In this document: one piece after another, positions 26,408 to 38,692 of the stretch
Layout: each line of letters opens with the position of its first letter
How positions within the stretch are numbered: the first letter of the stretch is position 1
Source: Massalongia carnosa
Lineage: Eukaryota
Direction: 5' to 3'
Assembly (NCBI GenBank): GCA_965645245.1
Contig: OZ287073.1
Location: 744,001 to 808,000 of the forward strand
DNA: 64,000 nucleotides
Notes under the pieces: model-generated
What the model saw: only the letters and a program-made list of their open reading frames with translations
Told to the model about the DNA's origin: nothing
Databases searched by the model: none
Program-made: the position numbers and the translations under genes

Positions 26408-29400
26408 ACGTAACCCACCACTAGTTCGTCACCCACCACTACTTTAAACACCAGAATATCTAAATACCCTCATCGTCATCATCAATGACAGCGACAATAA
26501 TAATGAATTATATAAATCTGAATAGCCTCGTCGCTCGAAAACAGTCTGATCATCACCCGAGAGTAATTACATCCCCCAACCCCTTCCATTACCATCCGAA
26601 AAACCTCGTCGTCGAACTTCAACTCTCAAGATTTATGTCTTCATAAATTAGGACTTCCCTTCCTCACCACCGGCCTGATAAAATAAGGCGCGTTCAAACT
26701 CGACCCGTAAAGACTCGGAGATGCTTTCAAAGAACGAGCTTGCGGGGTAGGCGAATTTCATACAAAATTCAATTGTGTTTAGGTGGAATTTCAGGTAAAC
26801 TTCATCTGACTTCGAGAGGTAAATGGAGCATTTGTAGGCAAATTATCTCGTCTTCTTTTCGATGGTCCTTGATTTGACATCTTCAACCTCTTTTCCTTCT
26901 CCTTCTGCATGGCCTTTGTCATTCGTTCACGCTTACGTTCAGTCTTCAGTTCATCCTCTTTCTTTTTCTTCTCAGCCTGAGCGGCCAATCGTTTGATTCT
27001 TTCATCTTTCTTTCTTTCCAGCCTCCTTCTTCTTTTCAGCAGCGTTCATCTTTCTAGTCTCAACGGCCTCCTTTCTCAGACGAGTGATCTCTGCTTTCTC
27101 CTTCTCTTTATGCGATATGCCTCGGCCTGAGCCTCGGTGAGAACACGTCCGAAAGCGCTGTCATAAGTAGCCCTTTTCCCTGCCACTTTTCTCTTTTTCT
27201 TTCTCTTCTTCTTGGCCAGATTCGCTTTGAATAATGACTGAGTAGAGTCTTGAAGAAGTGTTCGATCTGCGAAGGCGATAGCAGTTGCTCTTTTGAGACG
27301 CCGAAGCCGGTCTTGATGTGATTTGGGTATGAAAATTTCCAATGAATTCAACATAGCAGAGTAATCGCGCTTGTTAGAAGAGTTCTATCGAAAGAATTGT
27401 TCGAAATTGAACTGTTGATGAAGGTGGAGGTGGAGGTGGAGGTCAAGGGAAATACGATTGAACTCGAAGGGGCCGAAGGAACCGATTGAAGAAATTGAGG
27501 TAATTTCTCAATTACTCGCTGCGGGTCAAAAGAATAAATACCTGAACTTGATAGCAAAACATTAAGAAAAGAATGTTACTTTTATTCACCAGTTGCAACC
27601 CAAGCTGACATGATTACATCGAAAGTCATGACCGTTTCTCTTGCCCTCTTTAGAAACTTCAGATAATTCAATTTATTCACGTACAGCTCTCCGAATTTAT
27701 TTCGCTCCTTTAGCTGTTTTATATGCTTTGTCCAGAGGTTCGAAACATTCTACGTTCAAAGGCTGAAGAAAATGAGTAGTATGAGGTGGAAGACAGAGCG
27801 GAATTATATCCACTGACCAGCAGTACTCGATAAAATCAACATAGACATGAGACGCATGCCCGTCAATCAGAAGAAGTCGTCGGCCTTTCAAATGAACTGT
27901 CTGAGGACTGAAACACTCTCTCACCCAGGTCAGTCCATGACTGTTGTCAGTCCAGCCATTCTTACTAACGGCAAAGGTTGCCTCGAGAAATTCCTCCTTT
28001 CAGGGTTTTACTATTCGTATACCTTCGAAGATAATCATGAGCTTGAACACGCATCTTCGAGTAGAAACGAACGCTATGCAGGTGCTCCATTTCCTGTCTC
28101 CAGAATGAACGGAAAAGGCGTTTTTGTCGCATCGTCGCACGATGACCTTTCTACAAAATAATAAAAATTTTAGCGTAAACATCAAACCTTAACGATGAGG
28201 CTTAAAACTTTAAATCAAGATTAAATTTTCAACCAATCGATGATCTGAAATGTAGCCCCGCTCAAGCTTATTAACCGTAAAACAGCTAGTCTCAGATATT
28301 TTCTAACCGAAAGTGACTTAGCTGAAAATATGATCACTTACCGAATATTTCCCGCAACTCCCATCAGATGTCCCTTTTCATCCATGTTATAAACATCACC
28401 TGTCGCAATGCCATACTTGTCCATTGTTCTTCGAACAAGCGAGAACCAATCCTCGAACACTTTGCGATCAGTGTTCCAATGTCGTTCCTGATCCAAGTGA
28501 CGAGGAAATCGAGAACGATAGTCCGAATATCGATCAAGAAAGCGCTTCGTCCAATTAATTCCCAAAGATGCAGAAGATTCAACGCGAAGTCTCAACAACC
28601 TCATGACCTTTTCACGAATCATATCAAAGCGAGCGGGAAAACCCAAAGCAGTGCTCGAATCAATGTAATTAAGAATGGATTGCTCCTCGCTGTCATCCAA
28701 AGGCGACAAGTCAAACCATAATCCGCGGCATTTCGACTTCCTTTTATTCGACGGGCCACAGTTCCCCTGTTGACCCCGTAAATAAGAGCGACTTCGTTCG
28801 CTGTTTTTCTTTTGCTCTTTGCAGCTATGACAGCTAGACCTACACGATCTCCTCTGGAAAGCGGCGCAATCACCCGCCTGGCCAAAGGCGATGACATGGG
28901 CGAGGAAGACAGGGAAGAACATACCGAGTTCATGCGAGGTGGAGAGGGCGATGATGCATAAAAAGCCTCCAACTATTCTTTCACTTCTCCGCGAATTTCT
29001 TTGCGCACATGGTCCATGGTCATGTCCGGTACGCGTGCGAGACCTGTCCAATAGCCCTCCCGTTCTAAGCCCTGACAATATGCCAGTTGACGCAGTAGAT
29101 CAAGCTTCTTATCGAGATCATTATCCTTCAAAGCGGCCTCGAGCTTCGTGTTCAATTGTCGATGCACTCGCTCTCTCCACTCCTTTCCAGATATGCCATC
29201 TACAAAAGGTTCTTCGACAAGCTCTTCGAACTGTCGTCGGATGGCGACGGCCTGAAGCACCGGATTTATTGAACGTTGCGGGAGAGGAGGGGAAGAATAA
29301 AACAATGGATGATGACTGGTATCGGGAGTCTCGGAGACCTCGACAAGATCAGAGCATGGAACCTGTACGTTCTTCTGATCGGAAGAGATGGAAGGGCGCG

Positions 29401-29922
29401 CGCCGGATGGGAATTGTTCAATTGAACTGGCCATGTCGAAAGGTCTTTGAAGAGGCAGGAAAAAGATGGAAGACTGTCCAGGAATTCGACAATTATACGA
29501 CTATTTCACATACAAAAGACAACGAAGATTGGGAGAAATATCCGATGAAAAAAGAGCTTTTATGTTCATTTGGGCCTCTGATAATTCCAACCCCTTTGAT
29601 TTAGATCTTGTTTGTAGCTAAGCGAACTACTTTCATTCAAAATCACACTCGTCATCTCACTATAATTAATACTGTCGATCATAAAGCTATTACGAAGAGA
29701 TTTTTCGCCTGGAGAGACTCGGAAGGCATTGGGAAGTCGGATCAAAAAGGGTGGTTTGTTTGGGCTCTGGGCGACCAATTGAAGCAATTCCTTCGGTCCG
29801 GGGTTAGATTAATGGCTGAATAAGAGGCGCCTTTAGTAAGTTATTCATATCGACGACGTTGCAGCTGGCGACAGCAAGGTAAATGAAGCAATTCTGGTGT
29901 TTAAAGTAGTGGTGGGTTACGT
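26408..29922 (-). mobile_element. pogo/Fot1-family DNA transposon, degenerate
   Basis: TA|ACGTAACCCACCACTA...TAGTGGTGGGTTACGT|TA termini with TA TSD. Internal transposase fragments. Confidence 0.9.
26791..29434 (-). pseudogene. pogo/Fot1 (DDE_1) transposase pseudogene with two introns
   Basis: HTH (ALIYGVNRGTVARRIKG), CENP-B-type HTH (LGINWTKRFLDR), YNMDEKG, LLLIDGHASH, LPPHTTHFLQPLN. Several frameshifts and stops; the 3' end is approximate. Confidence 0.85.
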
Positions 29923-30002
29923 TAGCGACAATTTTGGTCCCCGCGTGTCAGGGTATAGTGTCGCTGACGCATCAAGTTTCACTACAAATCACATTAAAAC
30001 AA

Positions 30003-32599
30003 GGGAACGGATAACAGGACACCACTTTGGTTAGATAAACACCACCTCCGGTTAGGTAAACACCGCTAGCCCAGGTAGGGTAGATTCCTCGGCCCCGCCC
30101 GCCTCTTCCCCTTTTAGATCTAGCGGTTGAAACTCCCACATTCTACGTGCACCTCATCCTTGCACTCATATTTCACATTTGATCTGCAGGCACCCTGCCG
30201 CCGCCACGTCGTCATGCCGCTTCGACCTCCCGAAGATAGTCAATCCTTTGCCTCACTAGAAGACCTGTTGCTTAGAGTCAATGAGCATGCCGCCCCCGAA
30301 GGCTACGCCGTGGTGCTTCTTCGAACCAAGAAAACCAAGCTGGGAGTGAGAAATAAAGCTTGGTTAAAATGCGACCGAGGTGGAAAAGTCAGAGAACCGC
30401 AGGGTCAGGATCGTCGGCACACCAGCAGTCGACTAATTGCTTGTCCATCTGCCCTGACAGCCAAAATGGACGACGAGGTGTGGTTTTTGGAGGTGGTAAA
30501 TGGGACACACAATCATCCGTCCAGTCTTGCTGGCTCTCATCCTGCCTTGAGAAAAATCGCTCTGACCAGTGTAAAGGATGACGTTACCAGACAGTTAACA
30601 GTACAAACGTCGGCGTCAAAGGTTTTGTCTAGTCTGCGTGTTCCCGATGTGAATGCAGATCTCAGTCCTCATGATCCCAATGCCGAGATCATTGTGAATC
30701 CGATGTTTAAACCTCGGGACATCTACAACTTAAAGGCGCGGATGAGATGTGATGTCATGGGACCATTGACTCCTATTCAGGCATTGATTCGTGAGTTTGA
30801 CGAAAAGGATTGGGTGTACAACTTTCAACAAGACATTCATCAGCAGATTACGCATCTCTTCTTCATCAAGGGCAGTTCCCAAACTCTTCTGATAGATAAT
30901 CATGAAGTTCTCATTATGGATTGCACGTACAAGACCAATCGATACAAAATGCCTCTTCTCGTCATCAGCGGACAAACCGCGCTACATACTACCTTTTATG
31001 TCGCCTTTTGCTTTCTGATCACGGAGACAGCAGAGGACTACATCTGGGCTTTACAGCAATTGAAGGAGGTGTATTCTCGATTGGAACTTCCTGATTCGAT
31101 TATTCTCGTGTCCGACATGGAGAAAGGATTAATGTTGGCATCTTCCATAGTCTTTCCAAATATCAATCATTTGCTATGCATCTGGCACATCAATCAGAAT
31201 GTGTTGACAAAGTGCAAAAAATCTTTCGACAATGAGGAATGGAGGATCTTTTTGTCAGATTGGAAATCAGTGATCTATGCAGCAACCGAGCCTCAATTTT
31301 GGAAGCTATGGGAGCAGTTTTCTGCTACCTGTATGACTTCTCATGAAGATTGTATTCGATATTTGAAGTCCACCTACATTGATAATCATCGCGATCGCTT
31401 CGTGGCATGCTACACCAACAAGGTGCTGCATTTTGAGACAACGGTAACGTCGCGAGGGGAAGGCGCACATGCAGTATTAAAACGTCAATTAGGATCATCG
31501 ACCGGAGATTTGAAGCTGGTAGTTGACGGCATTAATCTGCTACTAAAAAATCAGTATCATGATCATCTGATTGCTTTTGAAGAAGCCAGAACACGTTTTC
31601 CACTTCATCTTCGCAAAGTTATCTTTCAGCAACTGAGAGCATTTATCAGTCCCTATGCCCTGAAAAAGATTCTACACCAATACGAGTTATTAACAGGAAG
31701 ACCGACTGTTATTCCAGCTTGTACCAACGTCTTCACTACCATCACCGGCTTGCCTTGTAGTCATCTGATTCAGCAACGATTATTCGAGAATGAAGGAAGT
31801 CTGAAATTGGAAGATGTGCACCCGCATTGGAAGTAGGTTATTGTCATCTGATCGATGGTCAGCGATCAGCTACTAACAACAGTTCAAGGTTGGAAAAGCG
31901 CGCCCCTCCGATTGCTTTGATTAATCCTCTTCTTCTAGTGAGGGAACCGGAGATAGCCCGACCTCGTGGTCGCCCTCAGGGAGCGGAAAACAGACGAGCG
32001 GAGGCATTTGACAATTCCACTCATCGATTACCATCTCAATTCGAACGGGTTGAAATGGAAACAGCTGATGTAATAGCTCCGGAGGTGGAACGAGCTATTC
32101 ATCGAGCCAATACTACACCAGGCAGGGTAGGACGTCGGGGGCGAGGGCGAGGGCGAGGACGAGGGGGAGGGAGAGGAGGGGGAGGGGGGATTGGTGAAAG
32201 AGCTGAGACAAACACAAGGACTGGCCGAGCTAGGGCTAGGGCTAGTCGAGGCAGAGCTGGTCGAGGAAGGGGAGACGGGATTGGCTGGGATGCAGCAGAT
32301 GGAATTGGCGGGGATGCAGCGAATGCGGCTCCAATCAACTGATTTGCATTACTAAGCTTCAAATAAAGGGTGCGATTCATGAAGACAGTGCCAATCGACA
32401 AATCCAATGTCTAGTAATCGATGGTTGAAAGCTGAATTGAATTTTTTCGTGAGGTGTCAATGTTGGGATGTGGACTGCTAGACCTAAAAGAGGAAGAAGG
32501 CGGGCGGGGCCGAGGAATCTACCCTACCTGGGCTAGCGGTGTTTACCTAACCGGAGGTGGTGTTTATCTAACCAAAGTGGTGTCCTGTTATCCGTTCCC
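30003..32599 (+). mobile_element. Mutator-like (MULE) DNA transposon, apparently intact
   Basis: ~120-bp TIRs starting GGGAACGGATAACAGG, identical for roughly the first 95 bp. Perfect 8-bp TSD TAAAACAA (29995-30002, 32600-32607). Confidence 0.95.
30214..32342 (+). CDS. MULE transposase, 2 exons
   Basis: Uninterrupted ORF with FAR1-like DBD, VLIMDCTYKTNRY, VSDME, HLLCIWH, TSRGEGAH and GLPCSH. Intron from 31833 to ~31882/31888 joins an RG-rich last exon. Confidence 0.92.
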
Positions 32600-33220
32600 T
32601 AAAACAAATACGTACATATTAACGACAACTTCAATAACAATTGATATAATTATTTTGCGTCTTTATTTATTGATTTTTCTTAATTAAAATTTAAAACTCA
32701 TAAAAATGTCAAGATTTGCATTTAACACTATAAATTAACGTATTAAAAAGTTCTAAAATACGTAAAAATCGATGATTTTTTAAAATCTTAATTTTTTTCA
32801 AATGATAATATTTTTAGTATTTAGTCAAAAAATTATAACCAGTTTATTTCATGTTGTCGTTGATCTGTACGTATTTGTTTTAATGCAATTTGTATGTGAA
32901 ACTTGATGCGCCGTCCGACACTATACCCTGACTCGGTTGGGGTTTAGTGTTTTGACACGATTAACTCTTGAAGGGGATACCTAGTTACTCGAATCATCAG
33001 CCTATCTATCACATTAGTTATATCAAGCATTGACTACGGCCGGGCAACAAGTCAGCGACTCTCATAAGCGCTCGGAAGCACTTCTCCAATCACTTCATTA
33101 ATGTAGTTCCGGTGCTAACCCCAGTCACCAGCTTCTCTTGATGAAGTCCATAACTGTGCGTCCAAGACACCAAAACTATCAGAATCTTCATTCGAAGTAA
33201 GCAAAACGGATGGGCTTGGG

Positions 33221-34775
33221 ATGAGCCAGGATTCAACAGGTGACCACACTATGCCATCGGATCACGAGTCAAGTCAAGCTAGTGTACATGACGAGGTTGC
33301 TAGCGACCAAGTCGATGGCGATGGGGGGGGGCTTTTTGGGGAGGGCTCGGATGATGAAGCATTGGGGTATAGGACTTTTTAGCTTTTCACGATTAGGATG
33401 ATGCTGATAACCCTCACAGGACGCGTGATGTTATCTCCACTAGTCAAAAACTCAAGAGTGACGAACTTGGCTCGGAAGATGAGGAGGATAAGGTAGACCT
33501 CGACAATGATGACATGGATGGTTCTGGCAACGAAGAAACACACGAGCGAGCTCAGACTATCCTCGATGTCAATATTGGGCGACACGCAATCCCAAAACCC
33601 AGCGATGGCGAGGTATGCAACCATGGCACATCATTCTCCTCCCAAATGTTGACAAATCGCGGCAACAGCTCCATCTTCTCCAACTTCCCAACTTTATAGG
33701 CATTGAACCCAAAGCCTTTCATAACTCAAACTTCCAGCCTCCGGTCACCGAACATCATTCTTCTCAGCCTTCTTCATCAACATTTTCTTCACACCAAACT
33801 TCAAACAATACCATCCGATGGAGACATTCCCCGAGTGATCCCACCGAAATACAATCAAATGCACGGATCCTGCGTTGGTCCGACGGATCCCTTACCTTGC
33901 AGCTGGCTTCAAATCCCAGAGAACAGTTTGAGCTTACCGCAAAACCGCTGGCGCCGCCTCATGGCGCCTCCTCAAAGTCGACCACGAATGGCGCTAACCG
34001 AGGCCGAGAAACACACGGAACCGCCGCGTACGATTCACGGCTTGATTCTCATACATACCTCGCTGCTCCACATGAGCACGCATCGCTTGTTCGTATTACC
34101 AATCATGTCACTTCATCGCTAGCTGTAAAGTCCTCAACAGATCAAAACGACGATGCTCTAGTCAAGCTGCAGCAATCCCTGGCAGCAGCAACCAAGGGCA
34201 ACAAGACTGCGGCTGACGGCGGCCTTGAGATAATCAGTATCTTGGAAGATCCGGAGCGTGCTAAAAAGAAGGCTGAACTTGCCGAGAAAGAGAAGGTCAA
34301 GGCTCAGCGGCGTCGTCAATTACAAGAGGAGCGGGAACGGGAGCGCGCAAACCGGGTTCTTGGCCGCTCTGGTCTACGCACTGGTGGATATGGGGGCGGA
34401 TTGTCGGTTGGTGCCCTTGAGGACGACGATGGCATTGGTACCAGCAAAGCGAGGATGGTTAAACCGAAAAGGAAGTCAAGACGTCGAAACAGTGATTATA
34501 GCGATGAGGAAGAGGATTATCGTGGCATGGGACGTTCTAGGGAAGATGAGTACGACGAAGACGATGGGTTTTTAGTGGGTAGTGAAGAAGAACCGGAGCT
34601 AGTAGCTGACGATAGTGAAGAGGAGGCGGAGATGGACGACGATCTTAATGACGAAGAGGAGAAGCCAAAGAAAAGTGGCTCCAAGAGGGAAGTTACAGTG
34701 GAGGCAGGGGAAGGCGCTGTGGGTGGAGGAAGGGTGAAACGGCGACGGGTGATCGATGACGAAGACGAAGATTAA
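33221..34775 (+). CDS. LEO1: Paf1 complex subunit Leo1, 3 exons
   Basis: LPNFIGIEP, NTIRWR and SNARILRWSDGSLTLQL Leo1 core; acidic N- and C-termini. Confidence 0.92.
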
Positions 34776-35681
34776 TCGAAACGGCTTGCAGTCATACTTA
34801 CGCCTTGCCTTGGGTACTGCCGCTTCATTGTAGGCCGATATTTTTACGCGCCATAGAAGGACTTAGGGGAAAGCCGCTCCTCGCGTTGTGAAGAAACGTA
34901 CGAGTTATAAGGTTTCGGTTTCGGTTTCTAATCCACAGGACACCTGAATTTGCTTCCTAAGTACGGGGAATCCTAGAAGATCCGGACATCCGGCTTGTCG
35001 AGTGGTTTTTATGATTCCAGATCACTTCACCCCAGCCAGGTCTATTCGGTTAGAATACCTGTCAAAGGAACACCTTGGGCCGCTAAGGAATTGCTTGATA
35101 TCGTGGCCTTTCCTCAAAGACTAAGTTGTTCCCTCCCTCCCTTGTACGAATCAGCGTTTGAGTCCTTTCAATCATGCGTTCCCAAACCCTTGGGAAATGA
35201 TGCGAAGACTTTAGTAGCGAACGCAATGGTACTCAAAAGAGATAATGCAAGTGGTATTTTTAAAATGAGTAGAAGGACGTGGTCGAAAACCATGTATATA
35301 TCTTCCCTCGAAACTCATGCGGAGCAGCCAGGCTCGGGAACTCTACAAAGAATTACCGACCTCAACAAGCAATGCCGTTACCCAGCTCGCTGCCAACCAC
35401 CCGGCTAGAGCATGCTGGACAAAGGTCGAGAGTTCTCTTGCGGGGAGGGTGGCTGTCAGAGACTATTCTTTCGATGTAGCTTGTACCGGCACAGAAGTCC
35501 TGAAACATTATGCGTAGCCAACCACCCGTGTAGGGTCGTTCACTGCATTTATGCCATGTCCCAATTTTCTCTCTCGAGCTGTGTGGCTGTGTGAACCCTG
35601 GCTTGTGTACCTATCTCTGATGATAGTTCCACACCGGCTGATTTCGGATTTTATTCGTCAGGATGAAAGGTCTTTCTTTTC

Positions 35682-35682
<1 letters not shown>

Positions 35683-35739
<57 letters not shown>
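35683..35739 (+). repeat. (TCA)19 microsatellite
   Basis: Perfect trinucleotide run read directly from the sequence. Confidence 0.97.
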
Positions 35740-35740
<1 letters not shown>

Positions 35741-35977
35741 TGTCAAATGTCAAGCCAAACGTAGCTTGTTAGACTAGGGCGATTGAGCCAGCTTTGTGTC
35801 TTTCATATCCTTCCTACTGTTTACCTCTATTTCTATCTCTCTTTCTTTTCACTTGCTTGTCTCTTGTTGGGTTTCTAGATCATACATATTACCTCGGAAC
35901 AATGCGCGATCACAGATAACCATTGGTCGTTCTGCACATTGAACCGAAGGGTCCGGAACCCTAAGTGTTCGGTTGTT

Positions 35978-37610
35978 ATGGAAGGCCATGATCTGGATAT
36001 TGAAGCCTCTCGGAGCGAATTACATCCATTACCCAAAGACATGTCTCATGGCTCTAAAGATGCCAAACCTCTCTATCAAAAAACGGCGTTCCCCCAAACG
36101 GTCGAGGGTTCGCACATTATCCCAGTGGTATCAATGGACGTGGTACTGAACCCTGAACGATATGGTCTTCAGTTTACGAAAGTTCATGGAGCCTCTGGCT
36201 CCCCGCTGCAAGTGCTAGAGCCCGACAAAGATAGGAGGCAAGCTGTAAGGGTCAGGAAACTTCCGAGGGCCTCGGAAAAGGCTGTGGAGATCTCGACATT
36301 CGACGAGAGCAGCACCGACTCGGCTGCAAGTATCGATGAGGAGAAAAGAAACTACCTACAGCCGAAGGGTTTTCAACGGAAGCTAAGCCCGTACAATTGG
36401 TACGTTGCTATCATATCAAGACTCTCAGTTATCATAAACTAACATTTCGAGCAGGCGACGCCGACTAAAACATATCAGCCTTTTCTTTGCATTGTGTCTA
36501 GCCATCTGGTTCTTCGTGCCATTCCCCTTCCTTGTTAGCCCGTCAGATTCTAAATTTCTTTATTTCTACCCCACACCGTGGGCTTGCAGTACGAATGGTT
36601 TCGCAGTAGGAGGGCCATGGAACCTCATTGGCATTGATATTCGATTCGGTCGAATGACATTCGGCCAAGCAAAAGGGTTAGACTTGGCTTGGAACTGGGT
36701 CGCTGGACGTGGGCTGCAGTTCCTTCTGGCTTGGGTATCCTATCGAGTTTTCACCGACGCCCTGATGCGTACAGCCGAGATCACGTACGTTCCGTACGAG
36801 CTGTTCACCTCGCTCGCGCTGTTCTCCACCAAGACGGATGCGCTCTGGTACCTGACCCGCGGAGTGCTTACGCTTCCCGGCCTGCGAATTAAGTTCATCA
36901 TTGGCTGGCTCTTGTTCTCCACAGCATATCTAGCCATGTTTCCGAGTCTGATGGACGTTATCTCTGGCTACGAAGCGGCGTACGACACGGTGCTAGTGCT
37001 CCCCAATAGGACCACGTTGAAGCTGGATGGTTTAGAGTCTTTCGACGGCCCTCTCTACCGCACCATATGTTACGAGGAAAACCAAGACCCGAGCACGTGC
37101 GAGCCGTATCACTACCAATTCTACGATCCCATCCTGAATGACAGTTACAAAGCTATCGCCGAATGGGAGCTTGGCATATCAGACATCATCCAGCCGCGTC
37201 CGCTCTTCTACGCCGAACTACCCCAGAACTTCAACTGCGTGGCCGAACAAAACATTTACCAGTGGGGCTTCTCCGCCGAATGGGTGCTCATCGCCGGCTG
37301 CCTGAACAGCGTGTGGATGCTCGGCCTGTGGATCCTCTGGCTCGACGCGGACCGGAAGAGCGAGTTCTGCAAAATGGGACGGCGCATGGGCGTGTATCGG
37401 GCGATCGTCGACATCGCCGAAGCCATCTGGGAGGACCTGGGGCCGCACCTAAGCGCGTATTCGGAGGAGGAGCTGGCGGCTGCGATTCGCAAGCAGGGCA
37501 AACTCAAGTACTATGTTTCTGGGCCTAAAGGGGGGTCCACGCGGCATATCGGGCTGTCCTCAAGGCAGTCGGGGAAGCTCAGGTTGCGGTGGGATAAGAA
37601 ATATAGATAA
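35978..37610 (+). CDS. Hypothetical fungal multi-pass membrane protein, 2 exons
   Basis: Two ORFs joined by an intron at ~36400-36453. FGQAKGLDLAWNWVAGRGLQ and YQWGFS motifs; several TM segments. Confidence 0.75.
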
Positions 37611-38692
37611 AGTTGGAGAAACCGAATGTTTCAACAACCAGGTGCAATGTCCATTGATGACATTCTCTTTGATAAACCGGTAAGCAACTAGACTTGAAAA
37701 CTCTTGTCAGCAAGCAATATGAGGAACTGCCTGTTACGGGGATGTGGACCGCCCTATTGGATCTGTAGATCAGAACCAATTGATAATCGTACTCCGTATA
37801 TAGTACACCACCCTAAAACAAACCTAACTAAACCTAATACGCACTAGCCCCCTCAAAAAATTTTCCCATTACAAAAACCCCCAATCTCTTCTCTCTTCCC
37901 TTTCCTCCCCATCATCAGTAGTAAGAAAAACAAATCTACAAAAAAAACATGGGAGCTCCGCTTCGGCGGCTTGCTGAAGGCCATCCGGATGAGCTTCTGC
38001 TGCCACCACCACCTGCGCGCACAACGTTCTTAAAAAAACACGTGCTGTTTGTGTGGTTTTGGCAGGAGAAGTTCTCGCGTGGGTGGGCTTCCGTTCCCGG
38101 CTCCCTCGATTGATGGATGGCATGTCGATGTTCGTTCGGGCCTCTGTTTTCTTTCCTGTTTCAGCTCCACGGTTTTGTCGCGCTTCGGCGGTGGGGATGG
38201 GGCTGTGGAATGGATGCTACATTTTTTTTTTCTTCTATTTTTCTTAGAGGGGGGGTTTGGTTTGGTTTATTAGGAGAAGGGGGTTTATTGCTAGGTTTGC
38301 TAAGCGTGGAAAGATGGATGGATGGATGGATAGTCGGGAACTAGACGATGCGGTGGGGATGCAAGGGGTCTTTGGGGAGTTGTCTTTCGATGGTGCGCTT
38401 CATGAATGGCTTTGGCTGCATATTTGACTAGAGGGCTATTTGCTACATGCCTAAGGTGTCTCGTTTTGAGCTTTCTGGATGTCGAAGTAGGTTATTCGAT
38501 GGACCTTTTATTTCTAGTGATTGATTTGAGAAAGGGTTTCTTGCTTTCAAGCATTGTTTGTTAAGTGAACTGATACTTCTTGTCATGCTTCAGGCTTCAA
38601 TTCGCTTGCGATTTTAGCTAGCTACGCCGTCTACTGAGCTTTATGTTGCCATGAAAAAACTGCATATCCTTCATACTCAACCACGACCGCGC

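Larger units (their letters stand above)
26168..29947. mobile_element. ~263-bp CAC...GTG MITE (26168-26407 + 29925-29947) interrupted by a pogo element
   Basis: Left TIR cacgaggggaccaaaattgtcgcgacaccaaaatttcac; rebuilt right TIR reverse complement cacgcggggaccaaaattgtcgctacaccataatttcac. 5-bp TSD ccagg/tcagg. Confidence 0.85.
26129..32965. mobile_element. Long-TIR non-autonomous element (~450 bp when empty) hosting three nested insertions
   Basis: Left TIR, reassembled from 26129-26167 + 29953-30002 + 32608 onward (gttaatcgtgccaaaacaccaaaccccaaccgag-cagggtatagtgtcg...catcaagtttcac...ttaaaacaaatacgtaca), matches the reverse complement of ~32830-32965. AT-rich core. Confidence 0.85.

Noticed and set aside
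28891..29604. 237-aa plus-strand ORF inside the pogo element
   Set aside because: Antisense to the transposase N-terminal frame with no recognisable features.
34995..35594. Overlapping plus-strand ORFs downstream of LEO1; possible decayed gene
   Set aside because: No family motif recognised.
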